Source: Eledone cirrhosa (lineage: Eukaryota). From it: a stretch of DNA of 64,000 bases. The notes beneath the pieces were generated by a model. That model made no database searches, was not told where the DNA came from, and was given only the letters and a program-made list of their open reading frames with translations. A program made the position numbers and the translations under genes. The stretch covers positions 429,164,001 to 429,228,000 of the forward strand of contig OZ024740.1 in NCBI GenBank assembly GCA_964016885.1, read 5' to 3'. Positions 54,369-64,000 of this stretch are shown piece after piece. Within the stretch, counting starts at the first letter, position 1. Each line of letters begins with the position of its first letter.

Positions 54369-57124
54369 CTAAAGGAATAAGAGTAGGGAGTTCAGGCCGG
54401 GAGGAGTGTGGGTCTGTAGGGTGAAGATGGTTCGTTGTTCGACCCTGAGGAGAGTGGCGGGTGTTACTTGGCATTGGAGTAAGCCACAGACTGTGAGGTG
54501 GTGTGCAGAATGTCCAGGGGCACCAAAGTGGCGGGCGATGGAGGAACTACCACTGAGACGAATATCTCGGATGTGTTCAGTAAACCTGTCCGTCAGGCGA
54601 CGTCCAATCTGTCCGACGAAGTCCGTAGACTAGGTTGGAGGAGGTGCAGCGGAAGGCATGCCGGACTGAGAGAGAGGGGCCGTTGGGACCCTGGAAGGTG
54701 GTGGTGTTGGTGATGTGGGGACACGTGTTGCAGCGGGGCCAGGAACAGGGAAGGGAACCGGCGGGGGGGGGGGGTAGGGAGCTGTGGACGAGGAGGGTGC
54801 GGAGATTGCGTGCACGTTTGAAGGAGGGGAGTGGTGGGGCTGGGAAGATGTGGGAGGTTGGGGTCGGACTGGAGGCATCGGAAGAGGCGGAGGATGGTGC
54901 GGTGGAGGGGTATGGTGGAGGGGTGGTAGGTGACGGGGAAGGGGAGACGGTGGGTGGGTGTGCGGTGGCGTGGGGTGAGGGTGGTGGAGCGGTGGACAGC
55001 ACGGTCGCGGGTGAGAGCGGTGTGGACGAGAGAGGGGGTAACCTCTGCGGATGAAATGGCTGACTAGGGAAAGGGCCTGGGACTCAAAGTCAGCATCTCG
55101 GCTACAGAGGCTGCGGATCCTGAGGAGTTGGGAGTAGGGAATAGAGTGTTTAGTGTGTGTCGGGTGGGAAGAGGTGAAGCGAGGTAGGAGTGGGAGTCGG
55201 TGGGTTTGAAGAAGGCGGAGGTGATGAGAGATTTGTGGGAGGGGTCGAAGGTGACGGAGATGTCTAAGAAGTGGACGTGGGTGGTGGAGATAGAGGTGGT
55301 GAAGTGGAGGGAGGGGTGGAAGGAGCAGAAGAAGGAGAGAAAGGAGTCGAGCTGTTCTCGGGTGAGGGTCGTGGCTCCGATACAGTCGTCGATATATCGA
55401 CAGTACAGTTCGGGCGTGGGGCCGGTGTACTGGGCAAAGATTTGGGCCTCAACATGGCCAACAAAAAGGTTGGCATAGTTTGGGCCCATTCTTGTACCCA
55501 TGGCTACCCCCATGACCTGTTGGTAAAACTCACCCAAGAAGGAGAAACAGTTGAGGGTGAGGACCAGCTCGGCGAGGAGAAGGAGGGTGGGGATGAAGGG
55601 GATGGGGGAGGGGAGAAGGTCGAGGTAGTGCTTGAGGGCACGTAGGCCGTCGGCGTGGGGGATGACGGTTTAGAGGAACTTGATGTCTAGGGTGAAGAGG
55701 AAGGGCTGGGGGCCGGGTGGGTAGGTGAAGGAGTCGAAAAGGCGCAGGGTGTGGCTGGTGTCGGAGATGTGGGAGGGGAGGGTGGTGACAAGGGGGGCGA
55801 GGATGGAGTCAAGAAAGGCGGAGATGAGTTCGGTGGAGCAGTTGCAAGCGGAGACGATGGGGCGGCCGGGGTTGTCGGGTTTGTGGAGTTTGGAGAGGAA
55901 ATAGATGGTGGGGGTGCGGGGGGTGCGGACGATGGGGTGGGAAGCGGTCGGGGGAGGAGGAGGAGGAGGAGACAAGGTGTTGGATGGGGGAGGAAACTTG
56001 TTGGTAGAGGAGTGTGGGATCGGGTGGACGGAACTGCCTAAGGGCTTCGGCCGTGTAGAGGTCCGCGTGCCACACCACCACGGCGCCTCCTTTGTCCGCC
56101 GGTTTGATGACGATGTCATCTCGGCTACGGAGGGAGCGGAGAACGAGGAGTTCGCCCCGTGTGATGTTATTCCGTTTGGAATGGTGGCGGAAGTCGAAAC
56201 AATTTACGGCGCTACGGCTGGCATCGACGAACGCGTCCAGGGTGCTAAATTGCCCAGGGGCCGGCGTCCAAGACGATGGTCGTCGGCCGAGGGCGAGAAA
56301 CGGGTCTGGGGCGTTCGGAGCCGGTGGCGTTTGACCGAAATGTGCCTGTAGCTCGTGCGTCGCACGAATCGCTCGACTTCCGTTTGGGTGCGGAACTCGT
56401 CGCTGTGCGGAGTGTGGTGTATGAAGCGAAGGCCTCTACTAAGGAGTGAGCGCTCAGGTGTGGAGAGGGCGAGGTCAGGGGTATGGTGACAACAAGTGGT
56501 GGGGTTTGGGTGTGTGAGGGTGGAAGGGAGGGTGTGGTGAGGGGTGAGGTGGAGGGTGGAGATTGGGTAGGGGTGTGGGTAGAGGGAGGGGTGGAAAGTG
56601 GTGGGGATGGGTGGGATGGGTGTGGGGGGCTCATAGGGATGAGCGGGTGGTGGTGGATGGGGGTGGTTGGGAGGAGTGAGTGTAACTTACGGGCTTTGGT
56701 GGAGGTAAGGAAGGAGAAGAGGTCGTGGTTGAGGTTTTGGATGAAGAGAAGGATGGCGTGGGCGAGGAGGGGGTGGCAGGTGGAGTTAAGGCGGAGGAGG
56801 GTGGGGGTCAGTTGGTAGTCAAGTTTGCGGATGGTGGAGCGGGAGGCGCGGATGGAGTTGCGCATTAGGAGGCGCGAGGATCGGGTGAGGATACGTTGGG
56901 TGGAGGGGGAAGCGGGGGGGGAAGTGTAGACGGAAGCCGAGGGGGATAAGGTGGAGGTGGAGGCAGTGGCTGAGGAAATGGATGTGGCCCGGAGTGCCGG
57001 GTTTTGGCGAAGAGAAGGTAGGAGAGTTGAAGGGCCGAGGGGAGATAGCAGGGTGGGAGGAGGGGGTGAGGAAAAGTTTGAGGCTAGTGTGGGGTTGGTG
57101 GAGAAAGGATCTCAGGCTGGGCAT
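54369..57124 (-). pseudogene. PLE RT + GIY-YIG, multiply frameshifted
   Basis: Fragments across frames: HIHFLSHCL...LIPLGF; IYFLSKLHKPDNPGRPIVS; LFTLDIK; GVAMGTRMGPNYANLFVG; RYIDD; HFLDISV; KPTDSHSYL; FKRARNLRTLLVHS; CSWPRCNTC; FRCTSSNLVY; VGQIGRRLTDRFTEHIRDI; ...PPGLN; stop at 54369-54371. Confidence 0.9.
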
Positions 57125-57657
57125 GGTGGGCGTTGAGTGAAAGCAGGGGGAGGAATGAGAAAGCAGGTGTGTGAAGCGGGGCGGGGGGGGGGTTAACGAA
57201 GGAGTGAGTGCGAATGATAGGCAGAGACGGGGAAGGGAAAATCAAACAGAAATAACGTAAGGAGGGGGAGTATACACAGGAAAATTAGAGACAAAAAATC
57301 ATAAACGTAAAAACAATCGTGGACAAAAAATCATAGAAAGAAATAAAATCGTAAAAACACAGGCAATCATGGACAAAAAAATCATAGACAGAAATAAACA
57401 AGTACAGTAAATAAATCAATTAAAAGTAATGCAAAGAAAGGAAAAAACAAGTGTGGGAAGGTGTGTGGAAAGTTCAAAGAGTGGTCACGGCGGATGAGAT
57501 CGGGGTTGAGCCGGTAGTCATGGTATATTCCAAAGGTATGGAAGCCGTGGGAGCGTGTATTGTATAGTGAAAAATTGAACGGGAACAGAACAGAGAGGCA
57601 GTACGAACAAAGGTTTATTAGTTTCACGCTCTTGAGAGTGGGATGGTGGTGGGGAAC

Positions 57658-57685
57658 GACGTTTCGGGCATAAGCCCTTCTTCAA
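57658..57685 (-). ncRNA. Hammerhead motif in the 5' pLTR, core mutated
   Basis: TTGAAGA-A-GGGC-ttat-GCCC-GAAAC-GTC (C3 to U). Confidence 0.6.
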
Positions 57686-58716
57686 GTGAAAAGTGTGTGG
57701 GAAGAGAGTTGCAAGGGTGTGTAGGGGAGTGGAGGAGAGACATATAGAAAAAAGGGGGTGAGAGGAAACGGTACAAATGTAATTAAATATAAAAGCATGA
57801 TAAAAATAAAAATAAACATGAAGTAAAACAGGAGGTGGAAGGGTGTGGGGTGTGTAGGGGTGGTGGCTGGTGGAGTGGGGAGAGGGAGGCGGGGTGTCCG
57901 AGCGGGGAGGGCTAAAGGTGGTGTGTGTGTGTAGGTGTACGTGTGTGTGTGTGTGTATGTGAAAGTAAGAGTTGGGGGAAGAACGGGGTTGCATCTTCAG
58001 GAAGAGGTGTGTATGGGTGGGGTGTAGGTCGGAGTGTGTGTGCGTGTATGGATGGGGAGGGGTCAGAGGGGTGGGGGAGAGGATTCCGGAGGCTGAGTGT
58101 GTAAATATGTGGTGGTACGCACGTGTGTGGTGTTTATGCGTGTTGTGGATGTAGGTGGCGTGTGGGAAAAAGAATTTTTTTAGTGTATGTAAGTGGGAGA
58201 GTCCTTAAGATAGTTCCGTAGAGGATGTGGTGGAATGCTGGGTAATATCCTTGGGATGTGGTGGATTCTAGGGATCGATGTTCACATATGTGTAATCCGT
58301 GAAGAGATTGGTCGGAAGGCGGGAGATGTGGGGTGCGCGCGTGACAGGAAGTGGTCAGAGGGTCAAAGCAGGAGGAGGGTTGTGTGTCTGTGTGTGCGGG
58401 GAGGTGGTCAGAGATAAGGGCATAGCAGCAGTCGGGTAGAATGGTAAGTGAAGAAAGTCGGTGTGTCAGTGTGTGCGGAGGTGCGGTGGACAGGGGAGAG
58501 GATGGGTAGGTGTGAAAGTTGGAGTGAGGAGGGTGTGTGTGTGTATTAGTAGAGGTGTTAGTGGGATGTGTGTGTGTGTGAGAAAGGGTGTGGGTGGAGG
58601 GAGCGTAGTGTACTGGTGTGTGTGTGCGTGTTTGGATGAGTGTGTGTGTGGTGAAGGGGGTGTTAGTGGGTGTTAGTATACTGGAGGTGGGGAAAGGGTT
58701 GAATGCGGGTGTGAGT

Positions 58717-58751
<35 letters not shown>

Positions 58752-58818
58752 ATTATAATAATAATAATAAAATGTGGAGAAGGAGCACACAAGTTGGAAT
58801 ATATATACATATATATAC

Positions 58819-60406
58819 GAAAATAGGTAGAAAAAGACGATTATTAGGAAGAAAAACTTTTTGTTTTCCTTTTATTTTTTGCTCTTTTTTCTCGGTTAGA
58901 AAATGTTTAAAACAAAATATTTTACTTTGTGTGAAGTGTTAAGGTATTAGTTAATTTATTTATTAATTAACAATGGCATTTATTTATTTATTTATTTATT
59001 TATATATTTAATAATTGTCTATTACCGGCTTCAACATTTTATGCATTATCAAAGGGGGGAATTTGTATTGGTGTAAAATGTTGGTGATGTTGAACATATT
59101 AAGAAAATGGGGAAGAAAGAATAATGTTATTTACAAACAAGATTTTGAAGTGAAAATAAAAAATTAAAAAAAGGTGTGATGTGGAACATGATAAGGTAAT
59201 GGGAAAGAAAATATAATATTATTTACAGGCATAGTTCTTGAAGATAAACAGTTCAAAATGTGTTATTATGGCAAGAGTGCTTAGTTGATCCATGATGGAG
59301 GCAAATGGTAGTCTGGGGTTTGATATGATTTCCCTTTTTAGCGAGTTAATATGGAGGGAGGGGGTTAATTCAGAAATGAGAGGGGGTAATTCATTTATAT
59401 ACGAAAAAGGATTAGGTACGGTGTAAGGGAGGTAATTCTTTAGAGAACATAGGAATTTGGTTTTGGTTCATTGTTCGTTCCAGTTTTAGTTTAGTCCGAA
59501 GTTTAGTCCATTAAGTAGAGGTTGGAATTTGTTAAATGAAGTACGTTTCCTTATTGGTACGATGGTTGAAAGAAGCGTTGTCTATGAATTTATGTAAATG
59601 GGGAAAGTTTTAAAGTTTGGATGTCGGTTAGGTGTACGATTGGCGATATGTTCACTAAAAGCAATCTTTCTGTATTCCTATACTTTGATTTGTGATATAT
59701 GGACGGTCATACGTTGTTGGAGACTGTTTTTTGTCTGTTCTATGTAGTATTCTTGACAACCTGAGTAGGTCAAAACATAGATTAGGTTTTCAGATGCACA
59801 TAAGGGATATCATATCAAACCCCAGACTACCATCTGCCTCCATCATGGATCAACTAAGCGCTCTTGCCATAATAACACATTTTGAACTGCTTATCCTCAA
59901 GAACTATGCCTGTAAATAATATTATATCTTCTTTCCCATTACCTTATCATGTTCCACACCACCCCCACCCATTTTTTCTTTTTTCTTTTCACTTCAAAAA
60001 CCTTGTTTATAAATAATATTATTCTTTCTTCCCCATTTCCTCAATATGTTCCCGCCGAGGTTAACTTTGTCTTTCATCCTTATAGGATCGATAGAATAAA
60101 GTACCAGTAATGTACTGGGTAATTGCTGTCCTTGTGCCAAAAGTAGAAACAATTATTTTCTTTCCAACATTTTACACCAATAAAAATTCCTCCCTTTGAT
60201 AATGCATAAAATGCTGAAACCGGTAATAGGCAATTATTAAATATATAAATAAGTAAATAAATGCCATTGTTAATTAATAAATAAATTAACTAATACTTTA
60301 ACACTTCACACAAAGTAAAATATTTTGTTTTAAACATTTTCTAACCCAGAAAAAAATAAAAGGAAAAAAATATACTTTTCTTCCTAATAATCGTCTTTTT
60401 CTCCGT

Positions 60407-60410
<4 letters not shown>
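58819..60410 (-). mobile_element. Fold-back PLE remnant: ~520-bp inverted repeats around a decayed GIY-YIG C-terminus
   Basis: Arms ~58819-59336 / 59802-60410; minus strand ~59750-59500 reads YYIEQTKNSLQQRMTVHISQIKV*EYRKIAFSEHI...HRTNKETYFI; (TA)n on both sides. Confidence 0.8.
60051..60160 (+). mobile_element. 5'-truncated SINE inserted in the right arm of the fold-back
   Basis: cccgccgaggttaactttgtctttcatcct...gtaccag...ctgggtaattgctgtccttgtgccaaaagtagaaac; absent from the left arm. Confidence 0.82.
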
Positions 60411-60466
<56 letters not shown>

Positions 60467-60501
60467 AATAGGATATCGCTTCAAGCTTAGCTTTATATAC
60501 A

Positions 60502-60926
<425 letters not shown>

Positions 60927-61194
60927 GCTGTGGGAGAGAACGATTGTTAAACATTCAAGACGTTCTCAGGCCATAGCCAAAGACAGTTTCATAATGGCAT
61001 TATGAAGGAGGAGCAGGAGGAGGGGGAGGAGGAGAGGAGGGGGATATTGATGATAATGGTGGTGGTGGAGGTGGTGCTGGTGGTGGTGGTAGTAAAGGAG
61101 GCAGAGGTGGAGTGGATGTATGACCCAATTAAACCAGAGTGAGTCTCGAGACAAAATACCTGGATATGTTCAGTTACTTGCCTTTACATTCTCA

Positions 61195-61332
61195 AAGAAG
61201 AAGAAGAAGAAGAAGAAGAAGAAGAAGAAGAAGAAGAAGAAGAAGAAGAAGAAGAAGAAGAAGAAGAAGAAGAAGAAGAAGAAGGAGGAGGAGGAGGAGG
61301 AGGAGGAGGAGAAGAAGAAGAAGAAGAAGAAG
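61195..61332. repeat. (GAA)n/(GAG)n polypurine microsatellite
   Basis: Directly visible. Confidence 0.97.
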
Positions 61333-61559
61333 ATCATCTCTCAAATGTCACTATCATCAGTTCTAGTTGTTATATATATCCCATGTATCCCAGAGTCTAC
61401 AGACATTCCGTTCAGTCTAATGACGTAATAGGGTTCTTCATTCAGGAATCTTCGGTCGAACTAACACCATTCTGTAAAGATATCAACTGGGATAGTTTAG
61501 ACATGTAACACACGTGTTTGTCACATCAGTTCTATAGCATTGCTAGGGCCAGCTATATT

Positions 61560-62013
61560 ATGGCTGGGTGTACGGTAGGGTGTTTGGGGAACTTACTCTG
61601 GTCGCTTAGGTGCACCTTACAAACTTAAGCTTAGATATTGACTCAAGAATTTCCCCATTAAGATCAGCTCGTTCAAAAGTAAGTGAACGACAGATTGAAC
61701 GCCATACAAGGTTTGTTAGTTACTGCTTCCTTGCAAGAGATGAGTTTGTTTCAGACTTGTTGTGGGAGATCTCCTCTACCAGTAAGCTCAGATACCAGGA
61801 TACCATAACAAAAGACTGGAATTGACAAGGAAGATCTACAAGTGTTTCTCACCTAAGGGTGTTCGATTAGAAGACAGTAAGCTCAGATACCAGGATAACA
61901 TAACAAGAGAAACTGGAATTGACAAAGAAGACCTACAAATCTTGAGGGATAACAGAGACTGTTGGTGCAAATTTGTGCTTGCTGTCTCCCCTAAGAGCGA
62001 TGGGTTAGGATAA
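61560..62013 (+). mobile_element. 3' remnant of a non-LTR retrotransposon (RTE-like)
   Basis: RHTRFVSYCFLARDEFVSDLLWE...KLRYQDNITRETGIDKEDLQILRDNRDCW resembles the RTE ORF C-terminus (RxxGH...LLW...DR..W); ~62-bp segment duplicated at 61780 and 61876. Confidence 0.6.
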
Positions 62014-62461
62014 AACTATGGCCCTCGTATTGCTGGGAGACCAAAGAAGCGGTTCAAATACCAGCTGATGACCTCTTTAAAGAGGAGTAACATAAACCCT
62101 TCGAGAGTTAGGGAGGTGGAGAAGTATCGCTACCAATCGTCCACTTTAACCTGCTCACTGCTGGTGTAGGATTGAAGGTAGATATAAGAGTCAGGACAAA
62201 ATACCTTCAGATGTTTAATTATGCCTCTATACGTAGCATTCAAATGCAACTGAGGCTTGAATTTATATTTTCATCTCTCGCGTGTAGGTGTCAGTTGTTG
62301 TATAACCGCGGCCATGTCCAACTGACTTGTCCCTTGATAACATTATAAAATCATCTGTGCAATCGTCCAGCACTGTAAGTTCAATTATCGCATAAAAGCT
62401 CTCACTTACTTTAAAAAATATCTTCACGCACAGGCATCGCACGATAGAATTACTTAATAAT

Positions 62462-62650
62462 TATTAATAATTGTTTCTACTTTTGGCAAAAGGCCAGCAA
62501 TTACCCAGTTCATTACTGGTACTTTATTTTATCGATCCCGTAAGGATGAAAGGCAAAGTTAACCTCGACGGGATTTGAACTCAGACCGTAAAGGGACGTA
62601 ACTATGCTGGAAAGCATGGCGTCCGACCCTCTACCGATACTACCAATCGT
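62462..62650 (-). mobile_element. tRNA-derived SINE
   Basis: Minus strand ctttacggtctgagttcaaatcccgtcgaggttaactttgcctttcatccttacgggatcgataaaataaagtaccag; same variant as 60051-60160. Confidence 0.82.
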
Positions 62651-62663
62651 GCAATGGCCATAC

Positions 62664-62790
62664 TCGATGTATGGTCCCGTATCTCCCGAGGAAGTCGTAC
62701 GAGGCACAATGTTGACATACAGCGATCCTGGAGCAATATTTAAAACCTGGTGGAGCCCATCTCTTCTCCAGGTCTGAATACAACAGATTC
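62664..62790 (-). CDS. Putative internal exon of the host gene (G-ICCIQTWRRDGLHQVLNIAPGSLYVNIVPRTTSSGDTGPYI-D)
   Basis: Strong pyrimidine tract ending gaag acceptor; 127 nt, phase 1 to phase 2 with donor GA|gtatgg; an alternative donor at 62644 and a second open frame also exist. Confidence 0.5.
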
Positions 62791-62914
62791 CTTCCAGAGA
62801 AAGACAGAGTGGGAGAACTGGGGTGAGAAAGAGATAGAGGGAGAATCGACTCCAGTAATATTCTGTAATCAATTCAATTGAAGATAACCCCCATCAAAAC
62901 ATTTCGACGATCAA

Positions 62915-63115
62915 TTGGCAGAGTCCTTACTGAGCACGCTAAATACCATATAATACTTGTTACACCCCTATGTACTTTGAGTTAGAATCCTGCGAATGTC
63001 AACTTTGTCGTTCATTCTTTCGGGGTTGATAAAATACCAGTGAGGGTGGTGGAATTATTAGCGTGTAGGGTGCGATGTCTTACAGTATTTGTTTTAACTT
63101 TTTACGTTCTAAGTT
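62915..63115 (+). mobile_element. Two degenerate SINE fragments
   Basis: ttggcagagtcctt...gtcaactttgtcgttcattctttcggggttgataaaataccag, then a second head ending tttacgttctaagtt. Confidence 0.65.
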
Positions 63116-63127
63116 TTTGTGTGGTAA

Positions 63128-63532
63128 TAATCCGTCACCTGCTTTCACCTCACTAATTGGTTCTTGGTTGTCTTTGGTGAACCTCACTCTCTTGTAATCC
63201 GTCACCTGCTTTCACCTCACTGCTTGGTTCTTGGTTGTCTTTGGTGAACCTCACTCTCTTGTAATCCGTCACCTGCTTTCACCTCACTGCTTGGTTCTTG
63301 GTTGTCTTTGGTGAACCTCACTCTCTTGTAATCCGTCACCTAGTTTCACCTCACTGCTTGGTTCTTGGTTGTCTTTGGTGAACCTCACTCTCTTGTAATC
63401 CGTCACCTGCTTTCACCTCACTGCTTGGTTCTTGGTTGTCTTTGGTGAACCTCACTCTCTTGTAATCCGTCACCTGCTTTCACCTCACTGCTTGGTTCTT
63501 GGTTGTCTTTGGTGAACCTCACTCTGTTGTAA
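63128..63532. repeat. 67-bp tandem repeat, six nearly identical copies
   Basis: taatccgtcacctgctttcacctcactgcttggttcttggttgtctttggtgaacctcactctcttg at 63128, 63195, 63262, 63329, 63396, 63463. Confidence 0.97.
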
Positions 63533-63597
63533 GTAGGTTTTATCTCTAAATATAACTTCCTCCCTTCCTCCCACCAGTCACGGAAGCCCTCCTCTTC
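63474..63597 (-). CDS. Putative internal exon of the host gene (EEEGFRDWWEEGRKLYLEIKPTYNRVRFTKDNQEPSSEVKA-G)
   Basis: Acceptor ttttctttaccatttattcag; 124 nt open, protein-like composition; donor GCAG|gtgacg phase 1 matches the exon at 62790. Confidence 0.55.
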
Positions 63598-64000
63598 CTG
63601 AATAAATGGTAAAGAAAACTTTTTTTGTTTCTACATGATGCTCATGCGGTTAATTATTGATATATAGAAGACGCTCTTGTAATAATCCATGGATGAATAT
63701 CGTTTAATGGAATCTACATTTCTAATGCATCAGTAATAGCTTTAATCCTGTAAGTTCCAAACTATATTGAATCATACAAATATCAAAAAGATGTGATGGT
63801 AACCCAAAGGACAATGGATTGGTGAAATTAACCCGACAAAGTCCAACTCTAAACAACATAAGTAAATTGAAGCCCAACACAGCAGACTGACAAAATATCT
63901 ACAGAATGACTGAGAGAGTAGATACCAAGGGGCGCCTACTGTATAAAATATAAATAGTAAAGTGAAAACTCATTATATTTAATGGTGTGAGACAAGAAAT

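Larger units (their letters stand above)
52760..58719 (-). mobile_element. Near full-length GC-rich PLE (Neptune-like) with ~1.15-kb direct terminal repeats (pLTRs)
   Basis: Direct repeats 52760-53931 and 57570-58719 (offset ~4810) flank a degenerate RT/GIY-YIG ORF; ends abut TA tracts at ~52747-52757 and 58720+. Confidence 0.88.

Noticed and set aside
52760-58719. LTR retrotransposon
   Set aside because: No TG...CA ends, gag, protease or integrase; RT/GIY-YIG and HHR indicate PLE pLTRs.
61120-61428. Poly-Lys/Arg ORFs
   Set aside because: (GAA)n microsatellite.
62255-62375. Possible extra exon (VLDDCTDDF...) on the minus strand
   Set aside because: Weak pyrimidine tract and it overlaps the reverse of a SINE-like segment starting near 62195.
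63128-63532. CRISPR-like 67-bp periodicity
   Set aside because: Whole units are identical; no variable spacers.

Overview
Repeat-dominated animal genomic DNA, most likely a cephalopod (octopus-like), inferred from recalled tRNA-derived SINE types and extreme (TA)/(CA) microsatellite density; this is not prokaryotic and nearly all ORF-track entries are repeat artefacts. Layout: 1-2.2 kb CA/TA microsatellite; 2.2-6.9 kb a Penelope-like element (PLE) with an uninterrupted Naiad-type RT + GIY-YIG ORF and an upstream fold-back carrying a long-stem hammerhead ribozyme (HHR); 7.0-11.2 kb G-rich simple repeats around a ~180-bp promoter-like island (CRE, X-box, CCAAT, E2F); 11.2-44.8 kb a 33.6-kb array of a 24-bp unit with higher-order repeats; 45.4-47.1 kb SINE cluster; 47.2-63.6 kb three putative exons of an unidentified minus-strand host gene, whose ~15-kb last intron holds two more PLEs, several short fold-back elements with HHR motifs sitting in or beside (TA)n tracts, and an RTE-like LINE remnant. 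The most notable pattern is the repeated architecture '(TA)n - inverted repeat - hammerhead core - inverted repeat - (TA)n' in six sequence-unrelated elements. All alignments and folds were done by eye; clade names are from recalled motifs, not database searches.
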